From Bdellovibrionota bacterium (lineage in GTDB: Bacteria > Bdellovibrionota > Bdellovibrionia > Bdellovibrionales > JAEYZS01): a DNA stretch of 45,340 nt. This document shows, piece by piece, positions 25,860-36,359 of the stretch. The position numbers and the translations under genes were made by a program. Below the pieces are notes generated by a model, which did not search any database, was not told the DNA's origin, and saw only the letters and a program-made list of their open reading frames with translations. The stretch spans positions 1 to 45,340 of the forward strand of contig CAUJEF010000068.1 in the NCBI GenBank assembly GCA_963169515.1, in the 5' to 3' direction. Position 1 is the first letter of the stretch. The number at the start of each line of letters is the position of its first letter.

Positions 25860-26846
25860 TTGAACTCGCATCGTAAATTTTCATATGTTTTTTGGGGAGC
25901 CCTTCTTCTTCTATTTCTTGTTGGAGTAGCAAATCATTTTGGCTGGCTTAAAAGAAATCCTTTGAATAGGATTGCTATTATCAAAGTGAATGACCATGTT
26001 TTGTATGCACAAGAATTTTCAGAAAAGCTCGCCTGGGGATTGAAACAGTATGACGTTATTCTGGCAAAGGACCCTAAAATATTAGAGTTCGAAAAAGACA
26101 AGATCTTAGATGAATTTATTAATCGGTCTATTGTTGCCGATTGGACTAAAAAACATAACATCGACATCGCCGACAAAGAGCTCGACGAGGCGCTTTTTGA
26201 AATTCGAAAGAACTACCCAGATGATATTAGTTTTAAGCAAGCACTAAGTGATTCGAATCAAACGCTCGACAATTATAAAGAACGGCTTCGTTATACGCTT
26301 CTTCAAAGGAAGGTTTTTGCATATTTATCACAGAAAATAGGGTCGCCCCCAGACTCTGAACTAAAAGACTACTATGAAAAAAACAAGGCCGCGTTCGTGC
26401 AAAAAGCTCTTGTGCGGCTTCGACAAATCGTATTTGAAAAAGAAGACGCCGCCCAGCAGCTTTACCACAGCCTTTCTTCGGCCTCTAGCTTTGCCGATTT
26501 GGCAAAAAAATTCTCAATTGCGCCAGAGGCCCGTAATGGGGGGGACACTGGATGGATCGAGCGTGGCACATTAGAAATTTTTGACCGGGCCTTTAATATG
26601 CGCGTTGGTCAGCGAACTGGGGTTCTTAAAAGCCCTTACGGATTTCATATTTTTGAAGTAACAGAAAAGAAACCCGAATCTTATTTGAAATTTGAACAGG
26701 CCCGAGATAACATCCTGCGAACGGTTCGTGCGTCTAAGGAGCAGGCCCTTTACACCGAGTGGTTAGAAGATCAGATTCGCCTCGCACAGGTCTTTAAAAA
26801 CCCAGAAGCTCTAAAGGCTATTCAAGTGAAAGCGCTTGGGGAATAG
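25860..26846 (+). CDS. Membrane-anchored SurA/PrsA-like parvulin chaperone
   Basis: N-terminal TM helix, SurA_N-like helices, FADLAKKFS, NGGDTGW, SPYGFHIF. Confidence 0.88.
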   Translation: MNSHRKFSYVFWGALLLLFLVGVANHFGWLKRNPLNRIAIIKVNDHVLYAQEFSEKLAWGLKQYDVILAKDPKILEFEKDKILDEFINRSIVADWTKKHNIDIADKELDEALFEIRKNYPDDISFKQALSDSNQTLDNYKERLRYTLLQRKVFAYLSQKIGSPPDSELKDYYEKNKAAFVQKALVRLRQIVFEKEDAAQQLYHSLSSASSFADLAKKFSIAPEARNGGDTGWIERGTLEIFDRAFNMRVGQRTGVLKSPYGFHIFEVTEKKPESYLKFEQARDNILRTVRASKEQALYTEWLEDQIRLAQVFKNPEALKAIQVKALGE

Positions 26847-27785
26847 ATGAAAAAAATTTTCTTTGTTTTTTTGCTTGTTGGTTCTGTGGCTGCCGCCGAA
26901 GTCATCGAAAAAATTGTTGCCGTTGTAAATGACGAAATTATTACGCTTTCTGATATAAATAAATATCGATCTCAACTAAAAAAAGGAAAGTTTCTGGATG
27001 AAACTGTGTTGGCTAACAAGGATAAGCTTTTAAAAGATGAGGATGCTCTTATTAAGCATTTGATCGATGAAAAAATTATTGATTCCGCCGTTAAGCAAAT
27101 GGGGCTCGCAATGACCGTAGAAAAGGTGGAACAAGAAATAGAATCTATTGCCCGTCGAAACAAGATCTCAACGGGCGATTTAAGGTCTGAAATTAAAAAA
27201 GAGGGCGTCAGTTTTTCTGAATATCAAAATTTCGTAAAGCAACGGCTCGAGAGGCAGGCGCTTATCGAGCGCGCCGTGACTTCTAAAATAAAAATAACCG
27301 ATGAAGAGGTGCAAGCCTATTATTTAACAAAACACAAGGGTCCGAACGCCGAAAGCTATGAGTACACGCTTGCCCATATTTTAATTTCTGACAAGTCTGG
27401 CCCTGACGCGGCGAAGAAAAAAACTGACGATCTGGAAAAAAGGCTGCGCAATGGCGAGGGCTTTGAATCCCTTGCCGCACAATTCAGCGAAGACCCAAAT
27501 TTTACAGCTGGCGGCTTTTTAGGAACCTTTAAGTCTGGTGAGTTTTTAAGTGAACTTGAGGCGGGGGTAAAAAATATCCCCATCGGAGGCCTTTCGGCTC
27601 CCGTTAAAACAAAGCTCGGTTACCATATCTTAAAAGTTTTGAATAAAAAAATCATATCTGATCCGAAATTTGAAGCGCAGAAAGAAAATATTCGAAATTT
27701 GCTGTACAAAGACGCATTTTCCAATCAGTTCAATTTTTGGCTAGAACAAGAGCGCGCCTCCGCATTTGTTAAAATAAACAAATGA
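26847..27785 (+). CDS. surA: Chaperone SurA (single parvulin domain)
   Basis: Signal peptide, EKIVAVVNDEIITLSD, AHILI, GG.LG, TKLGYHILKV. Directly upstream of pdxA. Confidence 0.8.
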   Translation: MKKIFFVFLLVGSVAAAEVIEKIVAVVNDEIITLSDINKYRSQLKKGKFLDETVLANKDKLLKDEDALIKHLIDEKIIDSAVKQMGLAMTVEKVEQEIESIARRNKISTGDLRSEIKKEGVSFSEYQNFVKQRLERQALIERAVTSKIKITDEEVQAYYLTKHKGPNAESYEYTLAHILISDKSGPDAAKKKTDDLEKRLRNGEGFESLAAQFSEDPNFTAGGFLGTFKSGEFLSELEAGVKNIPIGGLSAPVKTKLGYHILKVLNKKIISDPKFEAQKENIRNLLYKDAFSNQFNFWLEQERASAFVKINK

Positions 27786-28699
27786 AGAAAGTCGTTATCA
27801 CAACCGGAGACACTGATGGCATCGGGCTTGAGATCACTGCAAAAGCATTACTAAAGTTAAAAATTCCGCGTTCCATACAAATAATTTATTGGCGCTCTTC
27901 TGGGGCACAAAATAATCTTATCGAAAAGCTTCGAAAAAGATTTTCTCCTGCCACCTATTCAAAATATTCAGCTGCCTTGAGGTCAAACAGTCGGGTTGTG
28001 GAGATCATTTCTGATAAAAATCCTGCCCTTTGGTTTGAAGAATCTGTCCGCAGTTGGAAAAGCATTGATGCAATCGTCACGGCCCCACTTTCAAAACTTA
28101 CAATTAAAAAATCTGGACTGAAAGATGCCGGACACACAGACATTCTGCGTCGCCTAACAAAAAAGCCCGTCATGATGGCCTTCTGGGGAACACAATTTTC
28201 TTTAATGCTGGTCACAGATCATGTTGCTTACAAAAATGTCCCAGGTCACATCAACAGAAAAAAAATATTTGATGCCATACTTGATTGCGATAAGTTTTTG
28301 AAGAAATACAAGAACAGGGGGCGCATCGGCGTTTTGGGCCTTAATCCGCACGCAGGAGAAATCAAAAAGCTGGGGGACGAAGAGAGAATACTTATTGCCC
28401 CTGCGATTCGAGCAGCAAAAGCGCGTGGGATTAAAGTTTATGGCCCCCTTGTCCCCGATGTTTGCTTTCAGCCCCAAAATATAAAAAAACACTCTATGTA
28501 TGTTGCGATGTATCACGACCAGGGCCTGATACCGTTTAAAATCTATCATAAATATAACCGGGGCATTCAGTTCTCAATAAATCTCCCTTTTATTAGGACA
28601 AGCGTTGACCACGGAACGGCGAAGGATATTTTTGGAAAAAATAAGGCAGACCCGTCGTCTATGCTAATGGCAATACAAAAAGCCTTCGAATGGTGTTAG
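27782..28699 (+). CDS. pdxA: 4-hydroxythreonine-4-phosphate dehydrogenase
   Basis: TAPLSK, GHTD, GLNPHAGE, MYHDQGLIPFK, RTSVDHGTA. Confidence 0.92.
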   Translation: MKKVVITTGDTDGIGLEITAKALLKLKIPRSIQIIYWRSSGAQNNLIEKLRKRFSPATYSKYSAALRSNSRVVEIISDKNPALWFEESVRSWKSIDAIVTAPLSKLTIKKSGLKDAGHTDILRRLTKKPVMMAFWGTQFSLMLVTDHVAYKNVPGHINRKKIFDAILDCDKFLKKYKNRGRIGVLGLNPHAGEIKKLGDEERILIAPAIRAAKARGIKVYGPLVPDVCFQPQNIKKHSMYVAMYHDQGLIPFKIYHKYNRGIQFSINLPFIRTSVDHGTAKDIFGKNKADPSSMLMAIQKAFEWC

Positions 28700-28721
28700 G
28701 CTGGCCTGTTTGGAGATGCTT

Positions 28722-30092
28722 ATGAAAATGAATCCCGTTGTATTTCGAGAATACGATATTCGTGGCGTTGTGGACGATGATTTTGATTCTGCTTTTGCAT
28801 TCGAATTAGGGCGTGCCTTTGCAACTTTCTTTAATCAAAAAACGGGAAGAAAGAACGCAACAATCGCTCTCGGCAATGATGCCCGCCTGTCTTGTCCTGA
28901 AATTGTAACCGCCCTATCAGAGGGACTACGCTCTTCGGGATTCCATGTTAAAAAATTGGGCCTTGTCACAACGCCAATGACGTATTTTACGACCTTTTTT
29001 TATAAAGACGTCGATGGCGCAATTATGGTTACGGGAAGCCATAATCCACCAAATTACAACGGGTTTAAACTTTCTGTCGGCAAGCAGACTATTTTTGGCG
29101 AAGACATTCAGAAGATAAAAGGAATTTTGTTAAGGAAAGATTTTTTGCAGGGCTCGGGTAAAGAATCTTCTCTAGATATTTTCGAAGATTATATTCAGCG
29201 CTATAAAAGCGAATTCGCGTCACTAAGTAATATCCCCGTTGTTTTGGATTGCGGGAATGGTGCCGCCGGCTGCGTTGCAAGGCGCCTTTACGAGGCTTGC
29301 GGATTAAAGCCTTCTATCCTTTTTGAAGAACCAGATGGGCGCTTCCCAAACCATCACCCAGATCCAACCGTTGAAAAAAACAATAAAGACCTGATTAAAA
29401 AGGTCATTGCTACAAAATCTTTTCTTGGGATTGGATTTGACGGCGATGCTGATCGTATTGGGATCGTCGATGAGAATGGGAAAATGATCTTGGGCGATGA
29501 GCTTATGATCTTAATTTCTCGCGAAATATTAAAAATTTCTAAGGGCGCAACCATCATTGGCGACGTTAAGTGTTCTGATCGTATGTACGCAGATATTTTA
29601 AAACACGGCGGAAATGCTCTAATGTGGAAAACGGGCCATAGTCTAATTAAGCAAAAAATAAAAGATGAAAATGCCCCGTTTGGTGGCGAACTGAGTGGTC
29701 ACATTTTTTTTAATGACAGAAACTATGGTTATGACGACGCCCTTTATGCTGGACTTCGTGTCATTGAAATTCTCAGCAATGCAAATAAGCCTTTTTCCTC
29801 CTTTTTATCTGACTTGCCAAAGTGCTTTTACACACCTGAAATTCGCATTGACACAACGGAAGAGAAGAAAGCCTCTATTGTTAACAAAATAAAAGACACC
29901 TATTCAAAAGAGCTCAAGCCTCAGTTCATTAATACAATTGACGGAATTCGAATTACTTTCCCCGATGGATGGGCGCTCGCTCGGCCGTCGAATACCCAGC
30001 CCGTTCTTGTTCTGCGATTTGAATCAACGACTGAGGCCGGCCTTGAGCGCATACAAAATGAAGTTCAAACTATAGTAGAAAAAATGTTATAA
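28722..30092 (+). CDS. Phosphomannomutase/phosphoglucomutase (AlgC-type)
   Basis: [14 protein letters not shown] phosphoserine, FDGDADR, GELSGH, RPSNT. GGAG RBS favours ATG 28722. Confidence 0.93.
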   Translation: MKMNPVVFREYDIRGVVDDDFDSAFAFELGRAFATFFNQKTGRKNATIALGNDARLSCPEIVTALSEGLRSSGFHVKKLGLVTTPMTYFTTFFYKDVDGAIMVTGSHNPPNYNGFKLSVGKQTIFGEDIQKIKGILLRKDFLQGSGKESSLDIFEDYIQRYKSEFASLSNIPVVLDCGNGAAGCVARRLYEACGLKPSILFEEPDGRFPNHHPDPTVEKNNKDLIKKVIATKSFLGIGFDGDADRIGIVDENGKMILGDELMILISREILKISKGATIIGDVKCSDRMYADILKHGGNALMWKTGHSLIKQKIKDENAPFGGELSGHIFFNDRNYGYDDALYAGLRVIEILSNANKPFSSFLSDLPKCFYTPEIRIDTTEEKKASIVNKIKDTYSKELKPQFINTIDGIRITFPDGWALARPSNTQPVLVLRFESTTEAGLERIQNEVQTIVEKML

Positions 30093-30094
30093 AT

Positions 30095-32632
30095 ATGGAC
30101 GGAATTGTCGTTAAGGGAGCCCGCGAACACAATCTTAAAAATATTGATGTTTTTATCCCCCGAAACAAAATTACTGTGATTACTGGGATCAGCGGAAGCG
30201 GAAAGTCGACTCTCGCTTTCGACACTATTTATGCTGAGGGACAGCGCCGCTATGTTGAGGGTCTATCCACCTATGCCCGACAGTTTCTAGACCAAATAAA
30301 AAAGCCAGACATAGATTCAATTCAAGGCCTTTCTCCCGCCATCTCGATTGAACAAAAAACAACTGTTTCGAGCCCCCGGTCGACGGTGGGCACGACTACA
30401 GAAATTTATGATTTAATACGCTTGCTTTTCAGTCGAGTGGGCATCCCTAGTTGCCCCACCCACAATGTTCCGCTTCAGTCTTTAAACGAAGACGACATCG
30501 TAAAGGAAATTCTAGGTCTCCCCACTGGCTCTAAAATTCACATCCTTGCCCCTGTGATTCGAAATAAAAAGGGCTCATTTTCAAAAGACATTGAAAGCTG
30601 GAGGATGAAGGGATTTTTGCGTGCAAAAATTGATGGAGAGTATGTTGATCTTGATAAAGCAGAAAAAATCATAAAAACAAAAGTACACAATATTGACCTC
30701 TTGGTAGACCGTTTGATTGTAAAAGATGACATCAAGGTCCGATTGAAAGAAAGCCTTTTGCTGGCCTTGTCATTGTCGAAAGGCTTCATAACCATAGAAA
30801 ATATAGGAAACAAGACGATCAAGACCTATTCTAAAAAATCATCTTGTAGTGTTTGCCAATACAGTCCGCCGGAAATCGAGCCACGACTGTTTAGTTTTAA
30901 TGATCCGCGTGGATATTGTCCAACGTGTCTCGGATTGGGGTGCTTAAACAATGACGCCACTGGGTCTTCTTTTATAGTTATACCTGATGACGGAAACGAA
31001 GAAGAGGATGGGCTTGACGAGGTACAAATATGTCCTGATTGCAATGGAAGCCGGTTGCGCCCCGAAGCCCTTCACATTTTCGTAAAAGGGAAAAACATAA
31101 TTGAATTTACCAGTTTGTCTTTAGAGAAACTAAAAAAGTGGAGCGATGTCGTACAATGGGGTCCGCGTGAGTTTCAGATTTTGGAAAAACTTCTTTTCCG
31201 ATTGAAATATCGTCTTAATTTTTTACTGCGCCTGGGTTTAGGGCACTTAACCATGGGCCGAAGCACCAGATCGCTTTCGGGTGGAGAAGCTCAGCGCATT
31301 CGGTTGGCGAATCAATTGGGATCGCCTCTTGTTGGTGTTCTCTATGTTTTAGATGAGCCCAGTATTGGCTTACATCCTAAAGATCATCACGAGCTTCTGA
31401 GGGCCTTACGCGAATTGCAAGAGCAGGGAAATACGGTATTGATTGTTGAACACGACGAAGAAACAATTTTGTCCTGCGATCATATTATCGATATTGGCCC
31501 GCGCGCAGGAATCTTGGGTGGAAATGTGGTAGAGACGGGCACGCCTGAGGAAATAATTAAATCTCATAAAAATTTAACAGGAGAGTATCTTTCTAGAAAA
31601 AAACTTGCATATACAATCCCGAAAAAGATCGATTTACATGATTATCTTAAAGTTGATGGGGCCAAAGGAAATAACTTAAAAAATATTTCGGTCTCTATAC
31701 CTCTTAATACATTAACTACAGTAACCGGAGTTTCTGGCAGCGGGAAAAGTACGCTTGTTGTTGATACTCTCTATAAGTATCTTGCTAATCAGTTTTATAA
31801 ACGCACATACAAACCGCAAGCTTTTGATAAAATTACGGGATGGGAAAAGCTAACTGGTGTGATCGAAATTAACCAGAAGCCGATTGGCCGAACTCCGCGG
31901 TCAAATCCGGCGACATACATCGGTTTATTTTCTTTGATTCGGGCCTTGTTCGCCAACCTGCCAGAGTCAAGAATCCGGGGCTACAGACCCGGTCGCTTCA
32001 GCTTTAACGTCAAGGGCGGGCGCTGCGAAGCCTGTCAAGGTGGGGGCCAAATTCGAGTTGAAATGCACTTTATGGCCGACGTTTTTGTCAGTTGCGACGT
32101 GTGTCAAGGGAAGCGCTACAACCGTGAAACACTGAGCGTTGATTATAAAGGAAAAACAATTTCTGATATTTTAGAAATGAGCATTGCCGACGCCATGGTT
32201 TTTTTTGAAAATCATGATCAGATTTATCGAAAGCTAGATATGCTCCACCAAGTTGGGCTCGACTATATAACGCTCGGACAAAGTTCAATTACCTTATCCG
32301 GAGGAGAATCACAACGTGTAAAGCTGGCTCGCGAACTTTCAAAGCGTCATGCTGGATCGATTCTTTATATTTTAGACGAGCCCACAACGGGCCTGCATTT
32401 TGAAGATACAAAAAAATTGATTGAGCTCTTGCATAAGCTTGTAGAACAGGGCCATACCGTAATCTGTATCGAGCATAACTTAGACGTTATGGCATCAAGC
32501 CACCACATCGTAGATTTGGGCCCGGGGAGCGGGGATAATGGTGGTTTTGTTGTAACCAGTGGCTCCGTCGAAACAATTATAAAAAACAAGGAAAGCTGGA
32601 CTGGAAAATATTTAAAGAAACATTTGTTATAA
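30095..32632 (+). CDS. uvrA: Excinuclease ABC subunit A (short form, 845 aa)
   Basis: GAREHNLKN, two GxSGSGKS Walker A motifs, LSGGE signatures, LDEP motifs, and [11 protein letters not shown]. Confidence 0.96.
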   Translation: MDGIVVKGAREHNLKNIDVFIPRNKITVITGISGSGKSTLAFDTIYAEGQRRYVEGLSTYARQFLDQIKKPDIDSIQGLSPAISIEQKTTVSSPRSTVGTTTEIYDLIRLLFSRVGIPSCPTHNVPLQSLNEDDIVKEILGLPTGSKIHILAPVIRNKKGSFSKDIESWRMKGFLRAKIDGEYVDLDKAEKIIKTKVHNIDLLVDRLIVKDDIKVRLKESLLLALSLSKGFITIENIGNKTIKTYSKKSSCSVCQYSPPEIEPRLFSFNDPRGYCPTCLGLGCLNNDATGSSFIVIPDDGNEEEDGLDEVQICPDCNGSRLRPEALHIFVKGKNIIEFTSLSLEKLKKWSDVVQWGPREFQILEKLLFRLKYRLNFLLRLGLGHLTMGRSTRSLSGGEAQRIRLANQLGSPLVGVLYVLDEPSIGLHPKDHHELLRALRELQEQGNTVLIVEHDEETILSCDHIIDIGPRAGILGGNVVETGTPEEIIKSHKNLTGEYLSRKKLAYTIPKKIDLHDYLKVDGAKGNNLKNISVSIPLNTLTTVTGVSGSGKSTLVVDTLYKYLANQFYKRTYKPQAFDKITGWEKLTGVIEINQKPIGRTPRSNPATYIGLFSLIRALFANLPESRIRGYRPGRFSFNVKGGRCEACQGGGQIRVEMHFMADVFVSCDVCQGKRYNRETLSVDYKGKTISDILEMSIADAMVFFENHDQIYRKLDMLHQVGLDYITLGQSSITLSGGESQRVKLARELSKRHAGSILYILDEPTTGLHFEDTKKLIELLHKLVEQGHTVICIEHNLDVMASSHHIVDLGPGSGDNGGFVVTSGSVETIIKNKESWTGKYLKKHLL

Positions 32633-32634
32633 AT

Positions 32635-34551
32635 CTAACTTGCCTTTGTCTTTTTATTTTCTTCGGCCCTCGAAATAATAAATATTTTAGCGCAGTAGAT
32701 TCTATAATAGTCCACGTGTTCTGCCTTTAAATAACAAACTTGAACACTTGAGTTCTCTTTTAAAACTTGTCGCTCAAAAAACATATCGTGTCGTTTTACA
32801 TATAAAATATATTTATCGTTTTTTTGTAAGTACAGATACATATCAAAATCAAGAGCCGTGTTCGGCTGAATGGTTCTGAGGGGAACCGGGACCATTTTTT
32901 CAGCTTTTATTTGGAAGTCTGGAATATACCCGTCGGCATCTATAAAACCAATGGCTACTTCGTCTGCCCCCACTTGCACATATGAGACAAAAACCGCATG
33001 TTTCTTAATCCAAGATTTGAAATTAATGGAAGGAATTTCCACCTCCGCTACCAGCATCTCTCGCGGCCCGTGCCCCTCAGCCATGAGCGTATTCGATAGC
33101 ATTTCTCTAATTTGTTCGAGTCGATCAAGGTCTGCGCGCTTGTTGTTTCCTGTTGCACAAACAAAATAGCCCTTATAAATTCTTGATGTAATTGTAATGA
33201 TTCCAAGTCGTGTACAATCACGTATCTGATCTGCCTTTTCCTCGGCCTCTTTTGTTTTTAGTGAAATATTTGATGCATGCACAATCAGAGCAAAATCAGA
33301 CTTCGTCCCCTCTATTCGGGGTCGGTATCGCCCTTGTTCGTCTGTCTCCATTGTAGAGTCATTTTGAGTATCTGCTTTATCATGCCCACTTTGAATGTGG
33401 TTGGTTTTGATTTTTTTCCGTTCTTGAAATATAAGGTCGCCTTTCTCCCGCTCTGCCCCTTTTATGATACTAAGCCGTCCCTCTTTTCTTTCTCCTTTAA
33501 TGTGTGTATAGCCCCTCTCCTTTTCTGGCTCATCTTCAAGGGCCTCATATTGCTTAGATTTCCCACGCTCCTGAAGAAGGTCGTCTGGGTTATCGTCGGT
33601 TGGATCGATATAGGCCAACCCTTCTTTGCTATCCATCTTTAGTCTTTGTTCTTCGTCATGCAAAAAGCCAGTCTCAAGATTTTGAATTATCCCATCAACA
33701 ACAGAATCAACTTCCACCCCAGGAAGCACTATGTCTTTGGTGATTTCCTCTTGGTATATTTCCTCTTCACTAAATCCATCATTTTCATGTCTAATTGCGC
33801 CTATCTCTATTTGTTCCAAAGACATACCGAGCGCATTTGTAATTTTCTGAGCAGCCTCTTCTTCGGTTAATATCGCTTGCCTTAGAGGCTCCATGATCGG
33901 GGTCTCCGGCCCCTCTTCAATGACATTTAGAATTTCGAAATCAAGCTTTCCTTTTTTGCTGTCAATATTCCACTTTCCATTTATCTTCCTTTCTGGAATA
34001 TTATCCCCTTGATAGATAAATCGACCATTTTTCTTTCCAAAAATTTTTAAGGCAACGTCAGTTTGAAAATACCAGGCCTTTGCCTTTCCAGGAATTGGCT
34101 CCCACTCTCCATCTGGCGGGACGTCATTTGCATCAACACGTATTTGAATTTTACTGAGGGACTGGGTCCCACCAGTGTCTCTTTTTTCTTGCGAGGCTTT
34201 TCTCCGTTCAATAATTCTAAGAACCGTTTCGCCGCTTGCCGGGTACAAGACGATATCTTTAAATCCACTTCTTGTAATATTTATTGATGTTGTTCTATCG
34301 CTGCTTTCGGCTAGCGGAATGCAATTAACAGAAAATGTTTTATTGAGCGTTCTTAAGAACTTTTTGGGCTGTGGGTGGTAATTCCAGCTTACAAAAATAA
34401 ATTTTGGCTGTTCTTTAAGCATGAATGTAATTGCGGCTTTTACAGAAGTGAATGTTACTGGTTTGAAACCGACTTTTTTCAAGTGGACGATAACACGTTC
34501 CAGTTTGGATGGTGTGCGACAAAGAAATACTATGTGAGGTACGTCAGACAA
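32635..34551 (-). CDS. Hypothetical signalling-type protein with N-terminal pseudo-receiver domain
   Basis: REC-like topology (HIVFL...AITFMLKEQPKFIFVSW...IVLYP) without the Asp/Lys active-site residues. Acidic central linker. GGGAG RBS before TTG. Confidence 0.65.
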   Translation of the reverse strand: MSDVPHIVFLCRTPSKLERVIVHLKKVGFKPVTFTSVKAAITFMLKEQPKFIFVSWNYHPQPKKFLRTLNKTFSVNCIPLAESSDRTTSINITRSGFKDIVLYPASGETVLRIIERRKASQEKRDTGGTQSLSKIQIRVDANDVPPDGEWEPIPGKAKAWYFQTDVALKIFGKKNGRFIYQGDNIPERKINGKWNIDSKKGKLDFEILNVIEEGPETPIMEPLRQAILTEEEAAQKITNALGMSLEQIEIGAIRHENDGFSEEEIYQEEITKDIVLPGVEVDSVVDGIIQNLETGFLHDEEQRLKMDSKEGLAYIDPTDDNPDDLLQERGKSKQYEALEDEPEKERGYTHIKGERKEGRLSIIKGAEREKGDLIFQERKKIKTNHIQSGHDKADTQNDSTMETDEQGRYRPRIEGTKSDFALIVHASNISLKTKEAEEKADQIRDCTRLGIITITSRIYKGYFVCATGNNKRADLDRLEQIREMLSNTLMAEGHGPREMLVAEVEIPSINFKSWIKKHAVFVSYVQVGADEVAIGFIDADGYIPDFQIKAEKMVPVPLRTIQPNTALDFDMYLYLQKNDKYILYVKRHDMFFERQVLKENSSVQVCYLKAEHVDYYRIYCAKIFIISRAEENKKTKAS

Positions 34552-34580
34552 ACACGTCTCCCTTAACTATTCCTTAATTC

Positions 34581-34609
34581 TTTTCGGGACTTCTGCTATT
34601 TGGCCTTAG
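34581..34609 (-). promoter_or_regulatory. Candidate FliA-like promoter
   Basis: Minus strand reads CTAAG-N16-CCCGAAAA, about 30 bp upstream of the pseudo-receiver gene and downstream of the atp terminator. The spacer is 2 nt longer than at 22320. Confidence 0.3.
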
Positions 34610-34672
34610 AAAATAAAAAAATTTTTAACTAGTTTTAAAGACTTATGAACCAACTAGACCAATGCTAGAAAC

Positions 34673-34702
34673 AAAAAAAGATCCCATTTCTGAGATCTTT
34701 TT
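34673..34702 (-). terminator. Intrinsic terminator after atpE
   Basis: Minus strand AGATCTCA-GAAA-TGGGATCT (one G-U pair) followed by a T run. Confidence 0.8.
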
Positions 34703-34733
34703 AGTTTTTTTATGAATTGAGACTTTATCCGAT

Positions 34734-35057
34734 TTAAATCTTACCAACTAGTTGAAAGGCTATAACGAGAGCATAAATTACAAGGGATTCTATCAGAGCT
34801 AGACCAATGATCATTGGTACAAACATTTTTCCTTGAGCGCCCGGATTCCGTGAAATTCCCGTCATTGCTGCGCTCGCCGTCAGCCCCTGTCCAATTGCGC
34901 CACCCAATGCTGCAATTCCGATTGTAATTGCTGCTGCGAAACCCAGATCGGCCCCGGCCCCTCCGGTTGCGTGTGCTACTGTTTCTTCTGCAAAGGCTGG
35001 CAGGGTTACCATACTTAACAATAGGGCCCCAAATGTATACTTACTAAGCTTGTTCAT
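34734..35057 (-). CDS. atpE: ATP synthase F0 subunit c
   Basis: GIAALGGAIGQG, SRNP loop, LALIESLVIY. N-terminal extension present. Confidence 0.96.
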   Translation of the reverse strand: MNKLSKYTFGALLLSMVTLPAFAEETVAHATGGAGADLGFAAAITIGIAALGGAIGQGLTASAAMTGISRNPGAQGKMFVPMIIGLALIESLVIYALVIAFQLVGKI

Positions 35058-35078
35058 ATTTTCTCCTCTGTTATTAGT

Positions 35079-35798
35079 TTAGTGATGCTCGTCGTGCGCT
35101 ATTGCCATAGAAACATAAACCATGGAAAGTAACGTGAACACAAACGCTTGTATAAAACAAACAAATATACCCAATGCATAAAACGGGATTGGAAGTCCTA
35201 TCGGAAATATATCCGTAAAAATTCCCAAAACTGTATGGTCTCCCGCCATGTTCCCCATCAAACGAAGACCTAGACTCATTGGTCTAACCGTATGAGAAAC
35301 TAATTCAATAACAAACATCAAAGGAAGCAATATAAGTAACGGGCTCAAGGTCAATGGTAAATGTCCTGTGAATTGCTTTATATAATGTGCCCCATGTTCT
35401 TTAATGCCAAGGGCTGTGTAAAGGACGAAAGAAAAAAGGCCAATTGCAAGTGTTGCGTTTAGGTTGTCTGTCGCTGGGGTCATGCCAGGAACAAGGCCCA
35501 TCAAATTATTAAAAAGAATAAAAAGAAAAATAGAACCAAAAACAGGCACGAACTTGCGTCCCTCTTTTCCAATAACCATATCAACAAGGGCCGCGATGAA
35601 CTCTGTCAACAGTTCACATATTGCTCGCACTGAAAACTTACCCGCAGGCACTGAGCTATTATTCTTTTTTAAGGCGAAATATCCCGCCATTGAAAAAGCA
35701 ATAAGAACAAGAGCGGTCACGGCTGATGTTGCTAAAGAAATTTTATCCGCGTTGTGTCCAACTCCGGGGGCTAATTGTGTCCAGTTAAAGTGAACCAT
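35079..35798 (-). CDS. atpB: ATP synthase F0 subunit a
   Basis: NLMGLVPG, RPMSLGLRLMGNM, IQAFVFTLLSMVY. Confidence 0.96.
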   Translation of the reverse strand: MVHFNWTQLAPGVGHNADKISLATSAVTALVLIAFSMAGYFALKKNNSSVPAGKFSVRAICELLTEFIAALVDMVIGKEGRKFVPVFGSIFLFILFNNLMGLVPGMTPATDNLNATLAIGLFSFVLYTALGIKEHGAHYIKQFTGHLPLTLSPLLILLPLMFVIELVSHTVRPMSLGLRLMGNMAGDHTVLGIFTDIFPIGLPIPFYALGIFVCFIQAFVFTLLSMVYVSMAIAHDEHH

Positions 35799-36156
35799 TT
35801 AACTTGTTATCCTTAAACCTATGCCCCTTTATGTTTACAAAGCCATATAGAATGATTGAAGGGACAGGAACACTTAATCCAAAAACGAGCCAAGGTAAAG
35901 AAATAGTTGTGTGTCTTATCAAAAAGAAAAGGGCAACTCCAAACATACTATATTTTCCAACCAAAAGCATTGCGGGAAAAAATGGCGACTTTTTTTTAAA
36001 AAGCTTTTCTAAAGAAAAAAATAAAATTCCAAGATTAATAATTCCAAAAATTGCGCCATACAAAAAGGATTTAGCTTCGATAAAGTTTTGATTTATTGTG
36101 CAATAGCCCGCCACGCCGGCAATAATTGCTAATTGTATTTTGGCCAACAGCTTCAT
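35785..36156 (-). CDS. atpI: ATP synthase protein I
   Basis: 123 aa, four hydrophobic segments, overlaps the atpB start. Confidence 0.75.
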   Translation of the reverse strand: MKLLAKIQLAIIAGVAGYCTINQNFIEAKSFLYGAIFGIINLGILFFSLEKLFKKKSPFFPAMLLVGKYSMFGVALFFLIRHTTISLPWLVFGLSVPVPSIILYGFVNIKGHRFKDNKLNGSL

Positions 36157-36359
36157 TCGTCGATATTTTCTTTATTTTTAAATGTTTTTATTAGCTGCAA
36201 AAGCCAAATGACAATAGCCAAAATGCCGCCAAACGTCACCCCTATCCCGGACCAATGCATTTTATTGTCTATGTAGCGCCCCGCGTAAAGAAACAAAATA
36301 ACCAATCCAACAAGCTCAAATACAAGTCCAAAAACAGTGGCATACATCTTTTTGTTCAT
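36153..36359 (-). CDS. AtpZ/AtpQ-family small membrane protein
   Basis: Two TM segments with a G.YID motif, located upstream of atpI. Confidence 0.75.
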   Translation of the reverse strand: MNKKMYATVFGLVFELVGLVILFLYAGRYIDNKMHWSGIGVTFGGILAIVIWLLQLIKTFKNKENIDE

